Of a stretch of DNA of 64,000 nucleotides, positions 17,605-25,873 are shown one piece after another. The stretch covers positions 26,912-90,911 of the forward strand of contig CANJXF010000003.1 of assembly GCA_947478865.1 (NCBI GenBank). Reading direction: 5' to 3'. Each line of letters starts with the position of its first letter. Positions within the stretch are counted from its first letter, which is position 1. The DNA comes from Verrucomicrobiales bacterium (GTDB taxonomy: Bacteria; Verrucomicrobiota; Verrucomicrobiia; Limisphaerales; CANJXF01). The position numbers were made by a program, and so were the translations under genes. The notes below the pieces were generated by a model. The model ran no database searches and was not told the origin of the DNA. It worked only from the letters and a program-made list of their open reading frames with translations.

Positions 17605-18906
17605 ATGATTTCCAGATTCCGCCCCAATTCCTCCAGAGTCATTTTCATTCTTGCGCTCGCCAGCTCGGCCTTATTGGCGATCGGGGCAGCCGAGCGTCCC
17701 GCCAAACACGATTTTGCGAAGGCGCCGGGCTACTTCCCGCCGCCCGACCGCACGGGCGGCTGGCGCACCGCCACCAATTCGGCCCAGGCGCGAGACCTGG
17801 CCGGGATGAGCCTGCCGCGCTTGGAGCAAGCGTGGGAATTCACCCGCAATTGCTCGCAGAACGGCGGGCTGCTGGTCGTGCGAAACGGTTGGCTCGTGTT
17901 CGAAAAATATTGCGGGCGCGCCGGTCGCAACGCCAATCCCGACATGGCTTCCACCGGCAAGGCTTACACGAGCATCGCTTGCGGCATCATGTTGAAGGAA
18001 TTCCGCGACAAAATTCCCGATGGCCTCGACACGAAGGTGTTTACGCCGAAGTTTTTGCCCGAGGCATTCTCGCCCAACGGCCAGCTCGATGACGGGCGGC
18101 GGGCTGAAATCACGCTGGGCCAACTCTTGTGCATGAGCGGCGGCTACACCGGCGAAGGCGGCGCACCCACCGCCGTGGTCATGGGCAAGGCCTTCGCGCT
18201 CAAGGCGGTTCCGGGCCAGGACATCAAAGATCTTGACGGCTCCTCGCTGCGCTGCGCCATGTGGACGAACGCGGGCGCAGGCTATTCCTATTCATCCCCG
18301 GAACCGCATATCGCTTCGATCGTGCTCCGCCGGGTCACCGGAATGGAGCTGGACCGATACATCGACGAACGCCTGGCCAAGCCAATGGGCTGGGGCGCGT
18401 GGGGCTATTGTTTGCATCGCGGCGATTTCACCACGCCGCATGCGAATGGCGCCGGGAGCATCGCGGTGCATGCGACGGATGCGTTGCGCTTTGGCTATTG
18501 CCTGTTGCGCGATGGCAAATGGAGCGGCCAACAACTTGTGCCGGCGGATTACATTGCGCTCTGCAACCGGATGTCGCCGCACAACCCGCATTCGCCCTAC
18601 ACGCTGATGTTCGAGCACAACGCGGATGGCCACGTGGCTGGTGCGCCGCGCGATTCCTACTGGAAATCCGGTGCGGGCGGTTTCGCCCTCATCATCGTGC
18701 CGTCGCTGGATCTGGTGATCTACAAGATGGGCGGCCACAACGGGCAATACGATCCGACGCTCACCGGTTTGCCCCAACCGGAGCCAAGTCACGATCGTGA
18801 CGACTGGAAACCGGTCGCGCGCACTCCCTTTCACGAAGGAAGCCTGGGCGGAGACGATGGGATCCGCCGTGTGCTGGAAATGGTAAGCGCGGCGGTGAGG
18901 GAGTGA
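17605..18906 (+). CDS. secreted serine hydrolase, beta-lactamase/transpeptidase-like family
   Basis: Signal peptide from MISRFRPNSSRVIFILALASSALLAIGA. SxxK motif (STGK). The ORF-track start at 17458 overlaps the upstream gene and lacks a signal peptide. Confidence 0.7.
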   Translation: MISRFRPNSSRVIFILALASSALLAIGAAERPAKHDFAKAPGYFPPPDRTGGWRTATNSAQARDLAGMSLPRLEQAWEFTRNCSQNGGLLVVRNGWLVFEKYCGRAGRNANPDMASTGKAYTSIACGIMLKEFRDKIPDGLDTKVFTPKFLPEAFSPNGQLDDGRRAEITLGQLLCMSGGYTGEGGAPTAVVMGKAFALKAVPGQDIKDLDGSSLRCAMWTNAGAGYSYSSPEPHIASIVLRRVTGMELDRYIDERLAKPMGWGAWGYCLHRGDFTTPHANGAGSIAVHATDALRFGYCLLRDGKWSGQQLVPADYIALCNRMSPHNPHSPYTLMFEHNADGHVAGAPRDSYWKSGAGGFALIIVPSLDLVIYKMGGHNGQYDPTLTGLPQPEPSHDRDDWKPVARTPFHEGSLGGDDGIRRVLEMVSAAVRE

Positions 18907-19018
18907 GCAGGAGCGAGCCTCAGCACCTGCGGCATCGCCGTTTTGCTTGCCGGTTTCTCTGAACCCTTTAAAATCGGTCGCAACTGAAACAGCAAGCGAC
19001 AGCCTGAAATTATCCTCA

Positions 19019-19888
19019 ATGTTATTCCTTAAAAAAACATCGCGCCGGAGTGCTGGGTATTGTGCCGCGCTCGCGCTGTTCCTGACGAGCCTGGCTTTTG
19101 GCGCTGAAAAGATCAACGTCGAGACTTTGTTGACCCTTGCCAAAGCGGCTGACGCAAAAGGAAAACCGGCCGAGGCCATGACGCTGGTTACCCAGGCAAT
19201 TGAGGCCGAGCCGAAGAATCCGCGCGGCTATTTCGTCCGCGCCCGTTTCCACGAAGAGACTCGCGAGCCAGCCAAGGCGATTGCCGATTACGATCGAGCC
19301 CTCCAACTCGACCCGCGCTTGCCGGACGCATGGCAACATCGCGGCGGCGAACATTTCAAGCTCGGCCACATCCAGGAATCGATCGTTGATTTTGACAAGC
19401 TCATCGAGCTGATCCCGGAACAGGCGCCGTATCATTGGCAGCGCGGCATTTCACTTTATTACGCGGGACGCTTTCAAGAGGGCCGGAAGCAATTCGAGTC
19501 CCACCAGACCGTCAATCCGAATGACGTGGAAAATGCGGTCTGGCATTTCCTCTGTGTCGCCCGGACCAACGGCGTGGAAAAGGCCCGGGCCGCCCTGATC
19601 CCGATCAAAGGCGACGCGCGCGTGCCGATGATGGAAGTCCATGCGCTCTTTGCTGGAAAACTGAAACCGGAAGATGTGTTAAAAGCCGCGGCCGCCGGGA
19701 CATCCAAGTTGCAGATCAATCGGCAACTCTTCTACGCGCACTTGTATCTGGGCTTGTATTTCGAAGCGACGGGCGAGAATCCCAAAGCGCACGAACATAT
19801 TGTCAGAGCCGCCGGAGAATACCGGACCGACGACTACATGGGCGACGTGGCGCGGGTGCACTTGCAATTGAGGGCCCCAAAGAAATGA
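19019..19888 (+). CDS. TPR-repeat protein, NlpI-like
   Basis: Signal peptide. TPR units. Segment HWQRGISLYYAGRFQEGRKQFESHQTVNPNDVENAVW is colinear by eye with E. coli NlpI [35 protein letters not shown]. Confidence 0.65.
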   Translation: MLFLKKTSRRSAGYCAALALFLTSLAFGAEKINVETLLTLAKAADAKGKPAEAMTLVTQAIEAEPKNPRGYFVRARFHEETREPAKAIADYDRALQLDPRLPDAWQHRGGEHFKLGHIQESIVDFDKLIELIPEQAPYHWQRGISLYYAGRFQEGRKQFESHQTVNPNDVENAVWHFLCVARTNGVEKARAALIPIKGDARVPMMEVHALFAGKLKPEDVLKAAAAGTSKLQINRQLFYAHLYLGLYFEATGENPKAHEHIVRAAGEYRTDDYMGDVARVHLQLRAPKK

Positions 19889-20004
19889 TCGCGGCGGCTT
19901 GATTAAATAACCCGTTCGTTCTTGCGCCGGCAGTGAGCGCAGGGGTTGAGCGGCTTCCAACCCTTGTCCGAACCAGCTTCAAGCGAGCGCTTTTGCTTCG
20001 GCAA

Positions 20005-21618
20005 TCACTTCGTCGCCGCCACGGTGGTATCGAAAACGCCGGTCAGAATCCTGCCTTTCGATTTCATCTGAATCCAGAAGCGATACGTGCCGGGTTCCGG
20101 AAAGGCGTATGGGAACGAGATTTTTCCAGCGAGCCCGACCCAGTTCGTGTGGCTGCTGTGCAGTTCTGGTGCGAGGGATAATTTTTCCGCAGGCGATCCG
20201 TCAGGCGACCCCGGAGGCTTGGAGGGTCTCGCCGGCTTGCCGTTGATGAAGACGTCCTGGGCCGCCATGGAGAAGGTTCCCGCCGGATGAATGTGAGCGA
20301 AGACCGCCCCGTCCTGCTTGCGCACCACGGCATGGCCGGCCATGCCCATGTAAGGCTCGATCTCCGCGAGCTGGTTGTCGGGCGTGAGAAGCTTGAAGTG
20401 GAGCGACGCGTCCAGTTTGTTTTCGCCGGGGTTTTCCCAGACTATTTTATAGCCGCCACTGGCCTCGGCAACCTGTCCGGCTGTTTCCGGCGGGAATGGT
20501 TTTTCTGGCGTTGAAGACATTATGGCCGTGCTGCTCATCTGCCACGAATCATCCGGATCGGGTGGAAAGAACAAGTTCGTCGCCAACCTCTGCGCCACCG
20601 CTGTCGAGCAAATTACCTCGGCAGAGTTCCCCAGCCACAATCGTTTCATGGCGGGGGATGCCGGGGGAATTTCGGCGCGGGCGATGAGCGTCTCGGAAAA
20701 ACCGTCTTCGTGAGTGACATCGGCGTAAACGTGATACGGACCGGCGGGAAGCGGCGGCAATGGAGTTTCAAAATCCGCCGCACTTTTAAGCAGCGGATGC
20801 AGATGGGCGAACGCGCCCGGCTCCCCGTCGCGCACCAGAAAGAGATGCATCAATTTGCCATGGTCAGGAATGAGCGGAGTCCATCGGCCGCGGCGCGCCG
20901 AGGTATCCACCGTGACCATCAGAATGGACTGGTCGTGTTCGGTTCGAGTTTTGGCCGACACGGGAATCGGCTTGTAAAGGGCGTTGTTCCGGTAGTTGCG
21001 GTCTTCGAAATCCCACCATTTTTTGCCGCCAAGAATCATGAGCGAAAGGATGATCGCGGCCAGCAGCATCGCGGCGCGACCCTGCCAACGATCTTTTCCG
21101 GTCGGGAACACACCTGGATGCAGTCGGCTTTCCCCGAAAATCGCTCCGGCAATCTTCAGCCCGCCCAGGAACAAAATTATTCCCAGCGCGGCCAGCATCA
21201 GGCCGTAACCGCGCGACATGGGTTGGGTATTCGTCGCCATCGAGTTCACGGGCACCACGAGCGTGCCTTTGCCACGGGGCCCTTCGATCGTTATTTCCAC
21301 GCTGTAGGAGCCTGACTTCATCAGCCATAGCGCCGCGGAGTAAAGGTTGGTTTCGCCGCGAACCACCTTGGCTTCATCGGGTGGCGGAGATCCTTCGCGA
21401 CCGGCTCGCCAGAAGACCGGCAGAACCGTGACGCGCTGGACGTTTTCCTGCACGCGAACGGTGATTTCGGCGAGGCCCGGGACAACATCCGGCGGACGAA
21501 TGACGACGCGAACGGGATACTCGCCAGCCTTATCTTCCAGAAAGACATTGGGACTGCCGATGTGCGCCTGCGCTGCGAGGCAATACCCAACGATGAGGAG
21601 CGCGAGCCAGGTTTTCAT
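20005..21618 (-). CDS. putative metal-binding membrane protein (N-terminal His after signal cleavage; duplicated FAH[LI]HP motif)
   Basis: Signal peptide ending AQA, followed by HIGSP. Two central TM segments. Two similar extracytoplasmic modules (MHLFLVRDGEPGAFAHLHP and GHAVVRKQDGAVFAHIHP). 4-nt overlap with the upstream gene. Confidence 0.75.
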   Translation of the reverse strand: MKTWLALLIVGYCLAAQAHIGSPNVFLEDKAGEYPVRVVIRPPDVVPGLAEITVRVQENVQRVTVLPVFWRAGREGSPPPDEAKVVRGETNLYSAALWLMKSGSYSVEITIEGPRGKGTLVVPVNSMATNTQPMSRGYGLMLAALGIILFLGGLKIAGAIFGESRLHPGVFPTGKDRWQGRAAMLLAAIILSLMILGGKKWWDFEDRNYRNNALYKPIPVSAKTRTEHDQSILMVTVDTSARRGRWTPLIPDHGKLMHLFLVRDGEPGAFAHLHPLLKSAADFETPLPPLPAGPYHVYADVTHEDGFSETLIARAEIPPASPAMKRLWLGNSAEVICSTAVAQRLATNLFFPPDPDDSWQMSSTAIMSSTPEKPFPPETAGQVAEASGGYKIVWENPGENKLDASLHFKLLTPDNQLAEIEPYMGMAGHAVVRKQDGAVFAHIHPAGTFSMAAQDVFINGKPARPSKPPGSPDGSPAEKLSLAPELHSSHTNWVGLAGKISFPYAFPEPGTYRFWIQMKSKGRILTGVFDTTVAATK

Positions 21619-22955
21619 CGCTTGAGCCGCAGTAAATAGTTGCCGAGTAATAACCCGATTCGTGCTGAAATAAACGCACTGACGAAGGTGAGCACCGTTC
21701 CCTTGAGCGTGATGAGATCCTTCCCCGACTCAAAGAACCGGTTCATCCATTCACCGGGCTGCGAGAAATAGGGCCAATGACCGCTGCGCGCGAAGAACCG
21801 GTTATCCGCGGCATCGCTGAGCAGGAAGCTGGAGAAGGGCCATTGCACGGCGAAAATAAGGACAACGAAAACGACGGCAAACACCGCCGCCAGCAGCCAG
21901 TCCTGCCACCATCGGCCAGCGGTCGCTGTGTCCGCGACAGGGCCTTGTTGCGGTGCATTCTTTGCAGGTCGTCCAAACCACCCGCTGATCAGGTCAATCG
22001 CCATCGCCGGCACGATGAGCAGCAGCGGAAACGCGGGCGGCACCATGTGATCCACCGGATGATAAACCGGCGCGAGCTTCGGGTGGGCCGGAAACAGCGG
22101 GAGGACCAGGATCATAAAAATATAGATCAACAGGTAGGTGGCTGCGGCGATGGTTGCGCCAGCCCGCACTTTGGTGGCCCGCGCCGCCAGCACGAGCAGC
22201 AGGGGGAAAGGGATGGCAACAACCGTGTAGAACTTGGATCCATGTTGCTCGTTGGGCCAGGTGTACTCGGTGGTGAAATCGGCCTGCAGGGTGATCATGA
22301 TGCCGACGGCGAGCGCGCAAATCAATCCGCTGCGAGCCTGGCTTCCGCCGGTTGCCCGGTTCTGCGAGGAAAACACGAAGAGCAATACGCCCATTCCGAC
22401 CGCGAAGAGGCCCAAGCCCAACACCGAGTGAGGCGGGCTGAGAATTTTTACATCCAACCCGTAGCGGTTGTGCCACCAATCGTCGAATGGCGCCGAGCTC
22501 ATCATGGCCATTGCGCCCCAGGCGGTGACCCACACCCCGATAGGCGCGCGCAATCCCCAGAACGAAACCGAGGCGTTGCGCTCTTCCGCCGTGCCCCGAA
22601 ACGTGGTCTTGAGCGCAATTAAAGCGAACAAAACGGCTGGCAGAATTCCTCCAAATTGAATCAGCAGATGGGCCGGCGTCCAGAAGGTGTCACGCCCGAT
22701 GGTTGAATGATGCGAGATATCCCAGAGCAGCCCGATCGGCAGGCAGGCCAGACCCACCACCGCCAGATAAACCGAGCGCGGCAGGCCTGGGCTCTCAGAT
22801 ACGGGTGATGCCTCTGGCCCCAGGTTGTCGCCGCTTGTCGTGTTCATAGGTTCTGGCAACGACTCTAAACCGTCACGCATGAGATGCAATATTCCAAAGT
22901 CCCGGCCGTGTTTTAAATTGCTCCGCGGAGCGAATCGCCTAGAGTCCGCCAACAC
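21615..22955 (-). CDS. polytopic membrane protein of unknown function (about 10 TM), operonic with 20005-21618
   Basis: Hydrophobic throughout. WDISHHSTIGRDTFWTPAH and DDWWH motifs. The true start may be an internal Met (22880 or 22847). Confidence 0.7.
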   Translation of the reverse strand: MLADSRRFAPRSNLKHGRDFGILHLMRDGLESLPEPMNTTSGDNLGPEASPVSESPGLPRSVYLAVVGLACLPIGLLWDISHHSTIGRDTFWTPAHLLIQFGGILPAVLFALIALKTTFRGTAEERNASVSFWGLRAPIGVWVTAWGAMAMMSSAPFDDWWHNRYGLDVKILSPPHSVLGLGLFAVGMGVLLFVFSSQNRATGGSQARSGLICALAVGIMITLQADFTTEYTWPNEQHGSKFYTVVAIPFPLLLVLAARATKVRAGATIAAATYLLIYIFMILVLPLFPAHPKLAPVYHPVDHMVPPAFPLLLIVPAMAIDLISGWFGRPAKNAPQQGPVADTATAGRWWQDWLLAAVFAVVFVVLIFAVQWPFSSFLLSDAADNRFFARSGHWPYFSQPGEWMNRFFESGKDLITLKGTVLTFVSAFISARIGLLLGNYLLRLKR

Positions 22956-24134
22956 ATGGGTTTAGTGGACCCATTTTTTAAAATGGAGCCCATGACACCA
23001 GATCCGAATAGACCGCCGATTAACGACAATCCTCCTCCGCCGCTCCTGCCAGGGCAGGTGGGCAAATGTTCCCCCGGGCCGATGGCGAGCTTATTGAGCC
23101 TTTGCCTCGGATTGTTCCTGGCCGATGCGGCGGTTTCCTTGGCCGATGATTCGTTAATCGTCTTGTTTGACCTTCACGCGCTGGCGGCGATCCGCGGGGT
23201 TATTTTCTTTTTCTGCGTTTTCTTAAGCACCGTGGTTTACCTCTCGATGGGGATCACTCCCCTGGTGCCCAAGCGCATCTTTCTTCCCTTAACCCTGTTC
23301 AGCCTGATTGCTCTGCTTCTTCTGTTTCCGGCCATGATTTATTTGTTCGACTGGCTGCCGCAGGTCTCGTGGGTTATCTCGCTGGTTCAGATCATTTTCG
23401 CGCTCGGTTTACTGTGCTGGGTTCAGGGCGGATTGAAATTTCGCTGGCCGCTCCTGCCGGAGAACTTTCTTGGCAAACGGGGTTTTAGCGGGTTGAACCT
23501 GCTTTGGTTTGGGCTCGGAAATATTTTCATCCTGATGCCTGTCGTCCTTGTTTATCTCGCGGTCTGCTCCGCGATGGCTGTGAATCATTTCAGCGACGGT
23601 TTTCTTTCGTTGCGTCCTGGAGGGTTGAGGGTGAAGGTGCGAACCTACGTTCGCGCCGATGGCAAAACGATCCAACTGGTTCCCATGTCGCACGTTGGCG
23701 AATCCGAGTTTTATCGCGGGCTATCAGAATCGTTCCCGACCAACGCGATCGTTTTGATGGAAGGCGTGACCGACCACCAGAATCTGCTCACGAACCGGAT
23801 CACTTACAAACGGATGGCCAGCTCACTTGGCCTGAGCGAACAGCAGAAGGAATTCAAGCCGCGCGGCGAAATGGTGCAGGCGGACGTGGATGTCGCGCAG
23901 TTCTCCACCAACACGCTCAGCTTGCTGAACCTGATTATGTTCGTCCATGCCAACGGGATGAACGACAAGTCCGTCTCGAAGCTGACGGAGTTTGTGTCGC
24001 CGCCCCATTTTGAAAAGGAACTCTTTGATGACCTTCTTCGGAAACGCAATCGACACCTTGTCGCCGAGATTAATACCCGGCTTGCCGATTCGGATTCCGG
24101 GAACAGGATCGGGTACAGCAAACGTGCGGATTGA
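22956..24134 (+). CDS. membrane-anchored TraB/GumN-like protein, apparently C-terminally truncated
   Basis: About 6 N-terminal TM segments, then LVPMSHVGESEFY ... VLMEGV and LLRKRNRHLVAEI, resembling TraB/GumN motifs. The expected terminal segment is missing. The start is uncertain (Met at 22956, 22983 or 22992). Confidence 0.55.
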   Translation: MGLVDPFFKMEPMTPDPNRPPINDNPPPPLLPGQVGKCSPGPMASLLSLCLGLFLADAAVSLADDSLIVLFDLHALAAIRGVIFFFCVFLSTVVYLSMGITPLVPKRIFLPLTLFSLIALLLLFPAMIYLFDWLPQVSWVISLVQIIFALGLLCWVQGGLKFRWPLLPENFLGKRGFSGLNLLWFGLGNIFILMPVVLVYLAVCSAMAVNHFSDGFLSLRPGGLRVKVRTYVRADGKTIQLVPMSHVGESEFYRGLSESFPTNAIVLMEGVTDHQNLLTNRITYKRMASSLGLSEQQKEFKPRGEMVQADVDVAQFSTNTLSLLNLIMFVHANGMNDKSVSKLTEFVSPPHFEKELFDDLLRKRNRHLVAEINTRLADSDSGNRIGYSKRAD

Positions 24135-25164
24135 CGACGTGAAGCTGGTGGGAGACGTAATTAATTCCGCTTCGATTAACCCGAGTGGCCCGACTAATTT
24201 TTGTGGATCAGGTTCGGTGATATTAACGGCGACTGCCGGCGGCGCTTCCTACTTATGGTCGCCGGGTGGCGATACAAACCGGGCAATTACGGTCAGTCCC
24301 GGCTCAACGACAGCCTATTCGATCACGATCAGCGATACCAATGGTTGTACCTCAACGGCCACGCAAACGGTTACAATTAACCCAGCTGCCACCGTGGAGG
24401 CTGGTGTAGACCAGTCCACAGCTGCGACTGCCACCTTGAATGGGTCCATGGGTGGTGGCGCGACGAGCGCGATCTGGTCCACGAGTGGAACTGGTGCATT
24501 TGATAATAGCAATTCATTAAACGCGGCTTATACGCCGTCCACCGCTGACTTCAGCGCGCATTCTGTTACACTCACCTTGACCACGGATGATCCCTCCGGT
24601 CCTTGTGCAGCCGTGAGCGATTCGCTGGCGCTGGCGCTCAACCGCGCACCGACCGTTGGCAGCGACACCCTCGCGCGTTTGGGGGGAACCAGCCCGGTGA
24701 AAGTCGCCGTGGCCACGCTGCTGGCGAACGATGCAGACGCGGACCAAGACCTGTTGATCCTGACCAGTGTTGCGAATAGCGCGGCGGGCGCCTCGGTGAC
24801 GTTGAGTGGTGATTGGATCTTTTATAGCCCTTCCTCGGCCATCAATGTCAACGACACCTTCACTTATTCCGTCAGCGATGGCCATGGTGGGAGCACTTCG
24901 GCCGTTGTGAATGTAAATATTGCACTGGACGACTCCGCTCAATCCTTGAACATGCTTCCCTCTACCGGAACCCCGGGCAGTGGCAACTATACGGTTCATT
25001 TCGCTGGAATCCTCGGTTTTACCTACACTGTCCAATGGGCTCCTGCCGTGAACGGAATCTGGACAACTCTAGGCACGGCTACCGCCGATTCCATTACTGG
25101 TCGGGGAAGCTACACCGACCCGGTTGACCATGGCACCGCCTATTATCGGACGATCTATCCCTAG
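24028..25164 (+). CDS. 5'-truncated surface-protein fragment (Ig/cadherin-like repeats plus shared C-terminal domain), possible pseudogene
   Basis: No signal peptide. Begins mid-domain (GTANVRIDDVKLVG). Cadherin/VCBS-like segment TFTYSVSDGHGGSTSAVVNVNI. Ends AYYRTIYP like the two other surface proteins. Confidence 0.5.
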   Translation: MTFFGNAIDTLSPRLIPGLPIRIPGTGSGTANVRIDDVKLVGDVINSASINPSGPTNFCGSGSVILTATAGGASYLWSPGGDTNRAITVSPGSTTAYSITISDTNGCTSTATQTVTINPAATVEAGVDQSTAATATLNGSMGGGATSAIWSTSGTGAFDNSNSLNAAYTPSTADFSAHSVTLTLTTDDPSGPCAAVSDSLALALNRAPTVGSDTLARLGGTSPVKVAVATLLANDADADQDLLILTSVANSAAGASVTLSGDWIFYSPSSAINVNDTFTYSVSDGHGGSTSAVVNVNIALDDSAQSLNMLPSTGTPGSGNYTVHFAGILGFTYTVQWAPAVNGIWTTLGTATADSITGRGSYTDPVDHGTAYYRTIYP

Positions 25165-25233
25165 CGGTATCCCATGATTGGAAATGGAGCGCGGCGCGAT
25201 TAGTTCAGAAGCGAGTGGGTCGCGGAACGAAAG

Positions 25234-25776
25234 CTACAAGAGCGTTTGCCGGGGTGATTTTTCCGAGACTAAAATAGCCTTGTCCACTTCCACGGAGGTT
25301 TGGCGTCCGACAAATTCCAGAAGCACCATTACCCTTTCCTGGCTGGGCATGAGGCGCCCGATGACGGCGGTCAACCCTTCGAAGGCGCCGCTGGCAATCT
25401 TCACCTCGTCGCCCGGCGCGAGTTCTGGTTCGATGATATGGAGCTCCGCGTTGCCGAAGTGTTGCTGGAGCCCGGCTATTTCCGCGTCGGGAATAGTCGG
25501 CCATTTGTCGCCGAAATGGACAATGCTGATCACCCCCGAGGCGTGTTGAGCCTGGCGCATGGAGCGATGCCAATCCAACCGCGCGAACAGGTAGGTCGGA
25601 AAGAGCGCCTCGGTCACCCATGAAATGCCGCGGCGCGTAGGGCGCTTGAAACGGATGCGTGGCGAAAAGGCTTCAAAGCCAATCTCGCGCAACCGCGCGG
25701 CAGCGATGTGTTCGTGCTTGCGTTGCGAACGCAGGCAGAACCAGGCCAGATGTAAAATTTCGCTTGGCTGTTTCAA
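25234..25776 (-). CDS. specialised NusG paralog (RfaH/UpxY-like transcription antiterminator)
   Basis: 180 aa. NGN-like N-terminus (WFCLRSQRKHEHIAAARL ... EALFPTYLF) and a KOW segment (GDEVKIASGAFEGLTAVI). Confidence 0.8.
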   Translation of the reverse strand: MKQPSEILHLAWFCLRSQRKHEHIAAARLREIGFEAFSPRIRFKRPTRRGISWVTEALFPTYLFARLDWHRSMRQAQHASGVISIVHFGDKWPTIPDAEIAGLQQHFGNAELHIIEPELAPGDEVKIASGAFEGLTAVIGRLMPSQERVMVLLEFVGRQTSVEVDKAILVSEKSPRQTLL

Positions 25777-25873
25777 AATTATTCTTGCCCAGGTTACCGA
25801 TCGGCATCGCTGCCGTCGACCCTAGAGGTTTGCCGAGCGGGCGGCTGATTGAACTCATTCACCTTCAAAAATC

